Below are positions 41,315 to 50,726 of a stretch of 64,000 nucleotides of DNA, piece after piece; the stretch's first letter is position 1; each line of letters opens with the position of its first letter. Source of the DNA: Clostridia bacterium (GTDB lineage Bacteria; Bacillota; Clostridia; Oscillospirales; CAG-272); NCBI GenBank assembly GCA_017508195.1, contig JAFVZL010000039.1, positions 18,271 to 82,270 on the forward strand. Reading direction: 5' to 3'. Under the pieces are notes generated by a model. That model ran no database searches, was not told the DNA's origin, and saw only the letters and a list, made by a program, of their open reading frames with translations. A program made the translations under genes and the position numbers.

Positions 41315-42003
41315 TAGGCGTCTTTGACAGTGGGCTCGGCGGCGAGAACGTTATCAGGGCTATCAGGTCACGCTCGGATGCCGCCGACTTAGTCTTTTTT
41401 GCCGACCGCGCCAACGCACCATACGGCACGAAATCCGAGAGCGAGCTTATCAGGCTTACCGAGTCGTCGATAGAAAGGCTCGTCAGCGCGGGCTGCAAAA
41501 AAATTCTGATAGCTTGCTGCACGGCGAGCACCGTACACCCCTTGATAAGACGGGAGCTTGCCGATTTATCGATACCGATAATCGCTCCTACCGCACGCGA
41601 TGCGCTGAGTGCGACGGGTAACGGAAAAATTGCCGTTATAGCGACCGATGCCACCGTGCGCTCTCACGCGTTCAGGAGAGCACTCGGCTCGGGATGCACT
41701 ATCGAGATAGCCGCAAGCAGGCTCGTCGACGAGATAGAGGCGGGAGCCTCGGACGGCAATATCGACTCCGAATTAAAGAATTACCTGTACACCATCCTCT
41801 CTCCGCTCGGGAATACCGACACCGATACGCTTGTACTCGGATGCACACACTTTGTAAGGCTGAGAGGGGAAATAGAAAAAGCATTATACGACATTTTAAA
41901 TAAGCAAATAATTACCGTAGACTCGTCGGAGGCAGCAGCGGGAGAGATATTTTCCTCGCCCGTGTGCGACCTTTCGGGCGAGGGACGGCTTCTCAGGATA
42001 TAA
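41311..42003 (+). CDS. murI: glutamate racemase
   Basis: IGVFDSGLGG, ADRANAPYG and the two catalytic Cys contexts IACCTAS and LGCTHF. The ATG overlaps the ddl stop (ATGA). Confidence 0.9.
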   Translation: MIGVFDSGLGGENVIRAIRSRSDAADLVFFADRANAPYGTKSESELIRLTESSIERLVSAGCKKILIACCTASTVHPLIRRELADLSIPIIAPTARDALSATGNGKIAVIATDATVRSHAFRRALGSGCTIEIAASRLVDEIEAGASDGNIDSELKNYLYTILSPLGNTDTDTLVLGCTHFVRLRGEIEKALYDILNKQIITVDSSEAAAGEIFSSPVCDLSGEGRLLRI

Positions 42004-42021
42004 AAGAAAGGATAAACTCAA

Positions 42022-42381
42022 ATGGGAAAATACAGAAGAGGCAGAATAAACGATGCCGTGAGAGAGGAGCTCGCAATAGCTCTCGGCGGTGTCAGAGAGC
42101 CTAAGGTCACAAACAACTTTGTCAGCATCACCCGTGCAGAGGTCGCTCCCGATCTTAAATATGCGACCGTCTACTTCTCCGCTATCGGCGACTTTGACGA
42201 GGCGGCAGAGGGGCTGAAAAAATGCACGGGAATGCTCAGACACCATCTCGCAGTTACGCTCAATCTGAGAGTGACGCCCGAGCTCCACTTCGTCAAGGAC
42301 GGCTCAATAGAGCACGGAGCAAGGATCGCAAGAATTCTTGAAGAAATCAAAAAGGACGAGCGCCCCGAGGGCGACAACTAA
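42022..42381 (+). CDS. rbfA: ribosome-binding factor A
   Basis: 119 aa. RINDAVREELAIAL ... VSITRAEVAPDLKYATVYFS ... TPELHF pattern. Confidence 0.85.
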   Translation: MGKYRRGRINDAVREELAIALGGVREPKVTNNFVSITRAEVAPDLKYATVYFSAIGDFDEAAEGLKKCTGMLRHHLAVTLNLRVTPELHFVKDGSIEHGARIARILEEIKKDERPEGDN

Positions 42382-42398
42382 GAAAAGAGGACAGAAAA

Positions 42399-43277
42399 AT
42401 GAAAAAGATCACCAAGGCAATTATCCCCGCAGCAGGTCTCGGCACGAGAATGCTCCCCATTTCCCACGCAGTATGTAAAGAAATGCTTCCAATTGTTGAC
42501 CTTCCCGCGGTATATTACCTCGTCGAGGAGGCGGCTCGCGCAGGAATAACCGATATACTCATCATAACGAACAGAGACAAGGACGCGATGGAGGACTTCT
42601 TCGATCTGTCTGTCGAGTACGGACAGGCACTTACCGCAAAGGGTAAGATCAAGGAGGCAGAACGCCTTTACGAGATCGCAAATATGGCTAACGTATTCTT
42701 CCTTCGTCAGAAGGAGACCAAGGGTCTCGGACACGCGGTAGGCAGAGCGCGCAGCTTCGTCGGAGACGAGCCCTTCCTCGTTCTCTACGGCGATGACGTT
42801 ATCTTCTCCGAGGATCCCGTATGCCGTCAGATGATCGAGGTGTATGAGAAATACGGCAAGGCGGTAGTAGGTGTAAAGCCCGTTCCGATCGAGCAGGTAC
42901 AGAAATATTCTTCGCTTAAGGTAGAGGCTATCGAGGGCGAGGACAGAGTCACCTATTGCACCGATATGATAGAAAAGCCGAAGCCCGGCGAAGAATTTTC
43001 CAATCTCTCCATTCTCGGCAGAGTGCTCCTTACCCCCGAGATATTTGATATACTCGATAACCTCGAGCCGGGTGCGGGCGGAGAGTATCAGCTCACCGAC
43101 GCGATGAAGAAGCTCGCTAACACCGAGGGTGTCTACGCACTTGATTTCATCGGTGACAGATACGATATGGGCTCGAAGCTCGGTTTCCTCAAGGCAAACG
43201 TTACAAAGGGTCTCGAGCACCCCGAGTGCGCGAAGGAATTCCGCGAGTACCTTATCGAGCTCGCAAAAACGCTCTGA
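42399..43277 (+). CDS. galU: UTP--glucose-1-phosphate uridylyltransferase
   Basis: KAIIPAAGLGTRMLPISHAVCKEMLPIVD, KGLGHAV and VLYGDD blocks. Confidence 0.9.
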   Translation: MKKITKAIIPAAGLGTRMLPISHAVCKEMLPIVDLPAVYYLVEEAARAGITDILIITNRDKDAMEDFFDLSVEYGQALTAKGKIKEAERLYEIANMANVFFLRQKETKGLGHAVGRARSFVGDEPFLVLYGDDVIFSEDPVCRQMIEVYEKYGKAVVGVKPVPIEQVQKYSSLKVEAIEGEDRVTYCTDMIEKPKPGEEFSNLSILGRVLLTPEIFDILDNLEPGAGGEYQLTDAMKKLANTEGVYALDFIGDRYDMGSKLGFLKANVTKGLEHPECAKEFREYLIELAKTL

Positions 43278-43729
43278 TGGACTTCGCACGCTCGGTACCC
43301 GACGATGCCACAGGCATCGCACAGCTTGAAGAAAAGATATTTCCCGACCCCTGGAGCTACCGCTCGGTGGTCGACCTCATCACAACCGAGGGTGCTATGT
43401 GCTTTACCGCCAAGGAGGGCGGCAGAGTCATAGCCTACGTAATAGGCAGGCTTATAGCACCCGAGGGTGAGATATACCGCGTCGCGGTTGACGAAAAATA
43501 CAGGCAGCGAGGTATCGCTTACCGCCTGATCGACTACGCGGTAAAGACATCCCGGGGAAAAGGGCTCGAGAGCCTCTTTCTCGAGGTGCGCTCGAAGAAC
43601 TACCCCGCAATAAATCTATACCGCGCATACGGCTTCCGCGAGATCGGAGTGCGGAAGAACTATTACCGAGATCCTACGGACGATGCGATAGTCATGCTTA
43701 AGGCAAGCCGCGCGGATCTTATGGATTAA
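43277..43729 (+). CDS. rimI: ribosomal-protein-alanine N-acetyltransferase (GNAT)
   Basis: GNAT acetyl-CoA motif YRQRGIAYRLI. The ATG overlaps the galU stop (TGATG). Located directly upstream of tsaD as usual. Confidence 0.8.
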   Translation: MDFARSVPDDATGIAQLEEKIFPDPWSYRSVVDLITTEGAMCFTAKEGGRVIAYVIGRLIAPEGEIYRVAVDEKYRQRGIAYRLIDYAVKTSRGKGLESLFLEVRSKNYPAINLYRAYGFREIGVRKNYYRDPTDDAIVMLKASRADLMD

Positions 43730-43820
43730 AGCACTTTTGCTTGGAAAGACGGATGAAAGTGCCGCCCCGTGTGAATTTTTAAGAAATCATCTCCTACATA
43801 ACACAGAAACGGAAGAACAG

Positions 43821-44897
43821 ATGCTTATACTCGCCTTTGAGTCATCCTGCGATGAGACCTCGGCTGCGGTCGTTGAATGCTCCGATGCAGGCTTCAGTGT
43901 AAAATCAAATATAATTGCCTCTCAGGTAGAAACACACCGTCTTTACGGAGGAGTCGTACCCGAGATAGCGAGCAGAGCGCACATAGAAGCGATATCCTCG
44001 ATAACCTACGAGGCATTATCAAAAGCCAAAGTCACGCTCGACGATATAGATGCCGTTGCAGTCACGAGAAACCCAGGTCTTATCGGTGCGCTTCTTGTCG
44101 CTGTGAATTTTGCCAAAGCTCTTGCGGTAGCTAATAACAAGCCGCTCATCCCCGTCGACCACATAAAGGGTCATATTGCCGCGGTATATCTCGAGCACGA
44201 TCCTATGCCGAAGCCCCCGTTTATCGCTCTTGCGGCATCGGGCGGCCACACCGCCATCTACGAGGTGAAGAGCTTCACCGACGTGTCGGTAATAGGCACG
44301 ACGCGCGATGATGCGATAGGTGAATCCTTTGATAAAATAGGTAGGATAATAGGCATACCCTACCCTGCCGGCGCAGGCTTTGACGCGCTTTCCGCCGAGG
44401 GCTTTGCCATGGCGGTTGGTGACACCGAGGATTACCTTGAAAAATACAAAAAATCAGCAGAATATAAGTCTCCCGAGCTCGCACTTCCCTCCCCAGCCGT
44501 GAAGGACGATTCTCTCGACTTCTCCTTCTCCGGTCTTAAGACCGCTGCAATAAATCTCATACATCGCTACGAGCAGCGCGGGCTGGAGCTGCCCCGTGCG
44601 GCATTCGCGGCGAGATACACCTTTGAGGCGGTCGAGGCGGTCGCAAAGAAGCTCGGCATGGCACTCGACAGATATGAGGGCTACGACCTCGTTATCTCGG
44701 GCGGCGTTGCCGCAAACTCCCACTTAAGAAAAAGGCTCGGGACTCTGGCTAAGGAGAGGGGACGCTCACTTTATCTGCCATCCCTTTCGCTATGCGGAGA
44801 TAACGCGGCTATGATTGCCGCGCAAGCATATCACGAATTCAAAATAGGTAATCTCGCAGATTCATCGCTCAACGCCAGCGCGATGGACATGCTTTGA
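43821..44897 (+). CDS. tsaD: tRNA N6-adenosine threonylcarbamoyltransferase
   Basis: ILAFESSCDETSAAVV, metal-binding DHIKGHI and GGVAANSHLR. Start chosen at ATG 43821. Carries a ~20-aa insertion (EDYLEKYKKSAEYKSPELALP) relative to what I expect. Confidence 0.9.
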   Translation: MLILAFESSCDETSAAVVECSDAGFSVKSNIIASQVETHRLYGGVVPEIASRAHIEAISSITYEALSKAKVTLDDIDAVAVTRNPGLIGALLVAVNFAKALAVANNKPLIPVDHIKGHIAAVYLEHDPMPKPPFIALAASGGHTAIYEVKSFTDVSVIGTTRDDAIGESFDKIGRIIGIPYPAGAGFDALSAEGFAMAVGDTEDYLEKYKKSAEYKSPELALPSPAVKDDSLDFSFSGLKTAAINLIHRYEQRGLELPRAAFAARYTFEAVEAVAKKLGMALDRYEGYDLVISGGVAANSHLRKRLGTLAKERGRSLYLPSLSLCGDNAAMIAAQAYHEFKIGNLADSSLNASAMDML

Positions 44898-44926
44898 CAA
44901 TAGTAGTTTACAAAAGGAGTACATAA

Positions 44927-45628
44927 ATGGAAAGTATCGACAAGCTTCCCGGTACCTTTGAAAAAAGAATAAACGAAAGCAAGGCGAACGTACCCACGGC
45001 GGTTATCAAAAGACTGCCTCGCTATCACAGATGCCTCACAGACCTTATCCGCGACGGAAGAATGAGAATATCCTCGAAGGAGCTCTCCGAGATCATGGAG
45101 GTCACCGCATCACAGATAAGGCAGGATCTCAACTGCTTCGGCGGCTTTGGTCAGCAGGGATACGGATACAACGTCAAATATCTGCATGCAAAGATCAGCG
45201 AGCTGCTCGGTGTCACCGACGGATACCGTGCGGTCATTATCGGTGCGGGTAATCTCGGCAGAGCGCTTGCCGCAACGCATATGTTCGAGCGCAGAGGAGT
45301 CACGAGGCTCGCGCTCTTCGACAACAACCCCGAGCTTATCGGCACGAGCATCTGCGGTCTGCCCGTACACTCCATCGACGAGCTTGAAAGCTTCTCGCGC
45401 GAGAACGCGGTGGACATCGGTGTTCTCACCGTACCGAAGGAGGCGGCTTACGAGGTCGCAGACAAAATGATACGCGCGGGAGTAAAGGGCTTCTGGAACT
45501 TCGCTAATATGGAGTTGAAGTTTGATAATCCCGACATCATCGTAGAGAACGTTCATATGGGTGACTCCCTTATGACGCTTTGCTACGCAATCAAAAATAG
45601 CTCTCAAAACGGTGACGCTAATGCCTAA
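44927..45628 (+). CDS. rex: redox-sensing transcriptional repressor Rex
   Basis: Winged-helix block VIKRLPRYHRCL and Rossmann motif IIGAGNLGRAL. Confidence 0.9.
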   Translation: MESIDKLPGTFEKRINESKANVPTAVIKRLPRYHRCLTDLIRDGRMRISSKELSEIMEVTASQIRQDLNCFGGFGQQGYGYNVKYLHAKISELLGVTDGYRAVIIGAGNLGRALAATHMFERRGVTRLALFDNNPELIGTSICGLPVHSIDELESFSRENAVDIGVLTVPKEAAYEVADKMIRAGVKGFWNFANMELKFDNPDIIVENVHMGDSLMTLCYAIKNSSQNGDANA

Positions 45629-46631
45629 ATACATATATAAACTCGACACGGGGGTAGTTCTTCCCCTCGATATCTGGCAGGGCGCGAGTCTCGACGAGCT
45701 GCGCGTTCTGACCTTCCTTATGACAGATCCCGACGGCTTTTCGGATAAAGATATTGCCGAGAGCACGTCACTCAGCACGGCAAGAGTGAAATCCGCACTC
45801 GCTCTGTGGCGCGAGGCAGGCATCGTAATAAAAGAGGATGCTTCAAGAAGCGCGGCAAGCCATTCGTCTGACGATACCACACCTACGGTAAGATACGAAT
45901 TTGAGGAGCGCGAGGACACGGGCAGTATCTACGAGGAAAGCTCCGTCGAGGTCGCAGACTCACTCAGGGATGAGTCCTTAAAGGAGCTATACGATGAAAT
46001 AGCGAAAATGATGGGTAAGCCGATGCTCTCGACCCCCGAGATAAAACGCATCGCAGTGATGCACACTCAGCTGAAGCTCACCCCCGAATATATCCTTACG
46101 CTTGCCGCGCATATGGCGGCATCCTCGACCCTCTCACCCTACCGCCTCGCATCAAAGGCAGAGAGGCTTGTAAAGACGGGAACCGACACGGTCGAGGCTC
46201 TCGAGGCGTTCATATCGGCAAACGACAAGCAGTCGGGAACCTACTACGAGGTACGCAGAATACTCGGCATATGGAACAGAAACCTCTCCGAGGAGGAGCG
46301 TGAGTGTATCGACAGATGGACTCTCACCTACGGATACGGCATCGGCATCATTAATAAGGCATATGACGTCAACATCCACAACCGCGGTGAGCGCTCTATG
46401 CCGTATATGGATAAGGTGATCGAGGCTTGGTACAAGGCGGGAGTAAAGACCGCTGCCGAGGCAGACGAATATATCGCCAAGAATAAGCCCGTAAGAACAG
46501 AAACCGCATCCGCACAGGTCGCACCGCGCTCGAAAAAGAAGACCGCAGAGGTACCCGCATACTCATCCTTCAACTCCGAGGATGCTCTCAAGCGTGCGCT
46601 CGAGAGAAGCTACAGAGATGACGACAACTAA
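45621..46631 (+). CDS. DnaD-domain replication/primosome protein (DnaB_2/DnaD family)
   Basis: C-terminal DnaD-domain pattern (YYEVRRILGIWNRNLSEEERECIDRW ... MPYMDKVIEAWYKAGVKT). The ATG at 45621 overlaps the rex stop by 8 nt. A GTG at 45612 is also possible. Confidence 0.75.
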   Translation: MPKYIYKLDTGVVLPLDIWQGASLDELRVLTFLMTDPDGFSDKDIAESTSLSTARVKSALALWREAGIVIKEDASRSAASHSSDDTTPTVRYEFEEREDTGSIYEESSVEVADSLRDESLKELYDEIAKMMGKPMLSTPEIKRIAVMHTQLKLTPEYILTLAAHMAASSTLSPYRLASKAERLVKTGTDTVEALEAFISANDKQSGTYYEVRRILGIWNRNLSEEERECIDRWTLTYGYGIGIINKAYDVNIHNRGERSMPYMDKVIEAWYKAGVKTAAEADEYIAKNKPVRTETASAQVAPRSKKKTAEVPAYSSFNSEDALKRALERSYRDDDN

Positions 46632-46648
46632 TTCAAGGGAGAAAAACT

Positions 46649-47596
46649 ATGTCCGGATATTCAAATTATCAGAAGGCTAAGGAAATAATAGAGAATCGAA
46701 GACTAAGCTCCATCGCAAGAGCGGAGATGAGAGATGAGGAGGTCAGAGAGAGGTCGTCGGTAATTGCCGAGATCGACAAGGAGCTCACAGGCACAGGTCT
46801 GCTTCTCTTCAAGACCGCGTGTGCGGGCGGAGACATCGAGCCTATCAAAAAGAGAAATCTCGAGCTCGTTGCAAAAAGAAAAAAGGAGCTCGTCAGGATG
46901 GGTCTGCCCGAGGACTACACCGAGCTCAAATACTACTGCCCCAAGTGCTCGGATTCGGGCTTTATCGACACGAGAATGTGCTCCTGCCTAAGAGAGCTCG
47001 TTGTCACGATGAATATCAAATCCTCGGGCATGGGTCACCTCATCGAGAAGCAGAGCTTTGACAACTTCGACCTTGAATGGTATAAAAGCGACTCGAATGC
47101 ATACGAGCTTATGTCAAGGAACCTTGCCACGGCAAAAAAATTTGCCGAGCAGTTCGGCAAAAAGTGTCAGAATCTACTCATGATAGGCGACACGGGTACG
47201 GGTAAGACCCACCTTTCGACCGCGATAGCGCGCGAGGTCATCCACCGCGGATACGACGTTCTCTACGACTCGGCACAGAACATCGTTGCCGCCTTCGAGC
47301 ACGACCGCTTCCACTCGGGCTACGGAGAGAGCGAGAGCGAATCCGAGAAGTACATGGAGTGTGACCTTCTCATCCTCGACGACCTCGGCACCGAGTTCGT
47401 AAATCAGTTTACGGTGTCCTGTCTTTACAACCTCATCAACACAAGGCAGAACCGCGGCAAGTCCACGATAATATCCACCAATCTCCCACCCGAGGAGCTC
47501 TCGGGCAAATACGAGGGCAGGATATACTCGCGCATCGTCGGATGCGACTACAAGGTCCTCGCCTTCAAGGGCAACGACCACAGAATTTTCAGATAA
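46649..47596 (+). CDS. DnaI/DnaC-type helicase-loader ATPase (IstB-like AAA+)
   Basis: Zn-binding Cys cluster (YCPKCSDSGFIDTRMCSC), Walker A (GDTGTGKTHL) and Walker B (LLILDDLG). Confidence 0.8.
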   Translation: MSGYSNYQKAKEIIENRRLSSIARAEMRDEEVRERSSVIAEIDKELTGTGLLLFKTACAGGDIEPIKKRNLELVAKRKKELVRMGLPEDYTELKYYCPKCSDSGFIDTRMCSCLRELVVTMNIKSSGMGHLIEKQSFDNFDLEWYKSDSNAYELMSRNLATAKKFAEQFGKKCQNLLMIGDTGTGKTHLSTAIAREVIHRGYDVLYDSAQNIVAAFEHDRFHSGYGESESESEKYMECDLLILDDLGTEFVNQFTVSCLYNLINTRQNRGKSTIISTNLPPEELSGKYEGRIYSRIVGCDYKVLAFKGNDHRIFR

Positions 47597-47617
47597 ATCC
47601 TTACCTTAATACGAAAA

Positions 47618-47653
47618 GCGGAGGCACCAAAACGGTGCCTCCGCTCCTTTTTT
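47618..47653 (+). terminator. rho-independent terminator
   Basis: GCGGAGGCACC-AAAAC-GGTGCCTCCGC followed by TCCTTTTTT. Confidence 0.85.
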
Positions 47654-47697
47654 AGTTATTTCGCCACGCATATTTTCACCGCAGCGTATTAATTGCT

Positions 47698-50691
47698 TCA
47701 TGAAGGAAGGTTTGCGTAAGACTGCTCAAGAGCCTCAAGGCTGATCTGCTTCTTGGTTCTGAGACGAGCATACTCCTCGGAAATTGCAGAAGCTTCCATC
47801 TGGAACTTAGCAGCGAGGATCTGGTTGTGCCACTTCTCACCGTTCATCTGGGTATCACCGCTCTTCATGTAGTGCCGCATAATTGCGTCCTCGTACACCT
47901 TATCAAAGTCGGAGCGAATATTTTTACGAATGTAATTGAGCATTTCATTGCTCTCCGGAGAGCTTACTACATCAGTCCTAAGTATCATATCGTAGTAATC
48001 TTCCAGAACATCGGCAGAATTCAGCGACTGATAATTCAGGAACGCTGTGCACTGAGCAAACTTAGTGGTCTTTACGCCAATTGCTCCCACGCGTGCGAGA
48101 TTGTGTATTGAGGTTTTATAATTATCCACCCTCACCGCTCCGTCGACGTCGACGTAGCTCGTTCTGTAAAGCGGCACGGGAACAGCGCCGAATCCGCCGC
48201 CTTCCTCTGCAACCATACCACCGTAAGCGCTATCCTCAAGATGACCGAGCAGAACTATTCCGCCGAAGAGCACCTGATTATTTGCAAAGGCATAGCGAGC
48301 AACGGTCTCAGTAGACTCGGTAGACTTGGTGTTGGAGGTGCCTGCATCCTTGTTGATACAAACAACACCGGTGGACTCGAAGAGTGCCTTAAGGTTGCCC
48401 GCAAACTCCTCGAGGGGCTTGGAAGCGTTTGCATCCTTCTCGGAATCCGGATAGCTGAAGGTATAATCCTGATAATAAAGGGGATCATCGGGTCCATACG
48501 TCCAATCCGTCTTCATCTCTACTTCTCTGTCAATTATCTCAACCGACGTCGAATAAAGCATACCTGCAGCGCTAAGGCTGTTCGAGGCTACCGCGAAGCC
48601 GTAAACGCCCTTACCGTCGGGGTTAAGAACGTCGGAGGTATCGTTGGGAGCTATGTATATAGAGTTGGAGAAGCCCTTTACTGCATCGTAGTTCCAAAGA
48701 CCGTCAGCAACGAGTCTGTAGAAGTCGTAGAGCTCGTATCTACCGTTCTCGTTGTAGTCATAGTTCCAATCACCCTTGGTAGTGCTGACGTTAGAGCCGA
48801 TACCATCCTCAATAAGGGAGATGTTAACGGGAACCACGTATGCTGCGCGAATAGTATCGATAAAGTAATCGGATGCCAGAATGTATATCTTACGCTGAGA
48901 GAGGCTGAGCGACTGCATATACTCGATCATATATCCGTCACCCGTGTCCACATAATCAGAGTTATACTTTCCGTCCTTGGCGAACGAGAAGTAGTTCTGA
49001 AGCTCACCCGTCTTAACACCCTCGGATGAAACCTTGTTGGTGTAAAGGTTATTGAACGCACCGAGAAGCGATGTCGATACCATGTCGTAAACAAAGTTAC
49101 AGAACATGTCCGGTCTGCCCGTCACGGTGTCGGAGGTCGCTGCTGCAAGCATCTTCTCGATACCTCCGCCCCATCCGTATCCCGAGGAGTTGGGATAGTA
49201 GACATATTGAACGTCAACGTTTGCGTACTCGCAAGCAAGAGAGTTTCTATTCTTTGCGTTCTGCTCAACGAAGCCGGTATAGTCGGACTCACCGGAGAGA
49301 AATCTTCTCGATCCCGATGAAAGCTCATCGTTGTTGGTGTTATCGGTCATCTGGAACAAAAGCTGTGTCTTTGTTGGCCAGGTTACCGCCGGAAGACTCT
49401 CACCGTTAACGCCCGCAGCGGGCTTGTTATTGCCGATTATCTCCGCACCGCAAACATCGCATTCTCTATCGCTGTTCTGATCAGCGTGAGGGTAGCACCA
49501 CTCGGTAGGGATACCGTCCACGTAACGCCAATATCCTTCGGCATCAGGATCAACCGCCGAATAATAGAGCACCGTCTGCTGAATTTCGCTGGGAGCTATC
49601 TCCGCCCAGCTATCAGCAGTACCATTATAGTATATAACGGCATTTGCCGGTAGTACAACAAACGTTCCGTATTCGATACCGCTAAGCTCGGAGCTTATTA
49701 CCACGTATTCAAGTCTGGAGCAACGCCAGAATGAAAAGCTGCCAAGATTCTCTACACCATCTCCAACCCTCACGGACCTTATACTATTATTAACCGTGAA
49801 GCTAATGCTAAAGATAGAATATTTTTCACCCATGAAATCATCGGGTAAAGCTATATCCGTTTCGGAGCCAACGTAATTAACGAGATAATTTTCACCTTTG
49901 TAACTGTAGAATAAAAATCCGTCAACGTTCGTAACTTGGCTTTCGTCATCTCTGACGTCGATGGCATACTGTGCTACACCGCCGTGCTTGGTGCCACCTG
50001 CTACTACATCGAGCAGCGAGTGATTGATAACCTCGACAAGGCCTAGACACTCGCTAAACGCGCCGTCCTTTATCTCGGTAACGCCCGAGGGAATAGTAAC
50101 GCTGCTCATTCCGCTATACGCAAACGCTCCCTCGCCAATGGTGGTGATGGTATCCGGCATTACTATCTCGGTAAGCGCGCCGTTGCGCCTTGCCTTAGTA
50201 TGATCGAAACCGTTAGGCGCTATCTCGGTAACCGACCTTCCTTTGTAGCTCGGCGGAATAGTAACTTTTGTTAAAAAGCCCGAATTTCCGGCAGCAACCA
50301 TATAAGTACCGTCGTCCTTGAGGTAAAAATCGAGTCCCTGAGGGTTATCATCATCACCAACCTCAGCCTTAACGTCGGTCTTTACACCGTCGATTACCCA
50401 ATAGCCATCCTCACTTATCTCAATGACAGGCGTGTGACCGTCTTTACCGTCCACACCGTCTTTACCGTCCACGCCGTCTTTTCCGTCAACGCCGTCCTTG
50501 CCGGCATCGCAGGCGACCTTTCCGACTATCTTCTCGGTGCCGTCGCTATATATGAGCAAAAGCTCACCGTCATCATTCACCGTAACGTCGGTAATAAGCC
50601 TTTCAACACCTAGCACCTCGCACGATGAGAAGAGGAATAGTGACACAACGATCAGTAAGAGAGTCGCCAATAAGTATAGCCTTTTCTTCAT
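47698..50691 (-). CDS. large surface lipoprotein: collagen-like GKDGVD repeats + BspA-type LRR + Cys/Asp motif + ~560-aa C-terminal region of uncertain (possibly solute-binding-protein-like) fold
   Basis: Lipobox LFSSC|E. (GKDGVD)x4. LRR units (TIGEGAFAYSGMSSVTIPSGVTEIKDGAFSEC). A CYPHADQNSDRECDVCG motif. AAGGAG SD. Confidence 0.7.
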   Translation of the reverse strand: MKKRLYLLATLLLIVVSLFLFSSCEVLGVERLITDVTVNDDGELLLIYSDGTEKIVGKVACDAGKDGVDGKDGVDGKDGVDGKDGHTPVIEISEDGYWVIDGVKTDVKAEVGDDDNPQGLDFYLKDDGTYMVAAGNSGFLTKVTIPPSYKGRSVTEIAPNGFDHTKARRNGALTEIVMPDTITTIGEGAFAYSGMSSVTIPSGVTEIKDGAFSECLGLVEVINHSLLDVVAGGTKHGGVAQYAIDVRDDESQVTNVDGFLFYSYKGENYLVNYVGSETDIALPDDFMGEKYSIFSISFTVNNSIRSVRVGDGVENLGSFSFWRCSRLEYVVISSELSGIEYGTFVVLPANAVIYYNGTADSWAEIAPSEIQQTVLYYSAVDPDAEGYWRYVDGIPTEWCYPHADQNSDRECDVCGAEIIGNNKPAAGVNGESLPAVTWPTKTQLLFQMTDNTNNDELSSGSRRFLSGESDYTGFVEQNAKNRNSLACEYANVDVQYVYYPNSSGYGWGGGIEKMLAAATSDTVTGRPDMFCNFVYDMVSTSLLGAFNNLYTNKVSSEGVKTGELQNYFSFAKDGKYNSDYVDTGDGYMIEYMQSLSLSQRKIYILASDYFIDTIRAAYVVPVNISLIEDGIGSNVSTTKGDWNYDYNENGRYELYDFYRLVADGLWNYDAVKGFSNSIYIAPNDTSDVLNPDGKGVYGFAVASNSLSAAGMLYSTSVEIIDREVEMKTDWTYGPDDPLYYQDYTFSYPDSEKDANASKPLEEFAGNLKALFESTGVVCINKDAGTSNTKSTESTETVARYAFANNQVLFGGIVLLGHLEDSAYGGMVAEEGGGFGAVPVPLYRTSYVDVDGAVRVDNYKTSIHNLARVGAIGVKTTKFAQCTAFLNYQSLNSADVLEDYYDMILRTDVVSSPESNEMLNYIRKNIRSDFDKVYEDAIMRHYMKSGDTQMNGEKWHNQILAAKFQMEASAISEEYARLRTKKQISLEALEQSYANLPS

Positions 50692-50726
50692 ATAATCACT
50701 CCTTTATGTAAATTTTTGTTATCATT

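Noticed and set aside
38172-47596. Unusual housekeeping gene order (rbfA away from nusA-infB; rimI-tsaD without tsaE/tsaB) as a sign of rearrangement
   Set aside because: Gene order of these loci varies widely among Clostridia. Without a reference genome I cannot say it is atypical.
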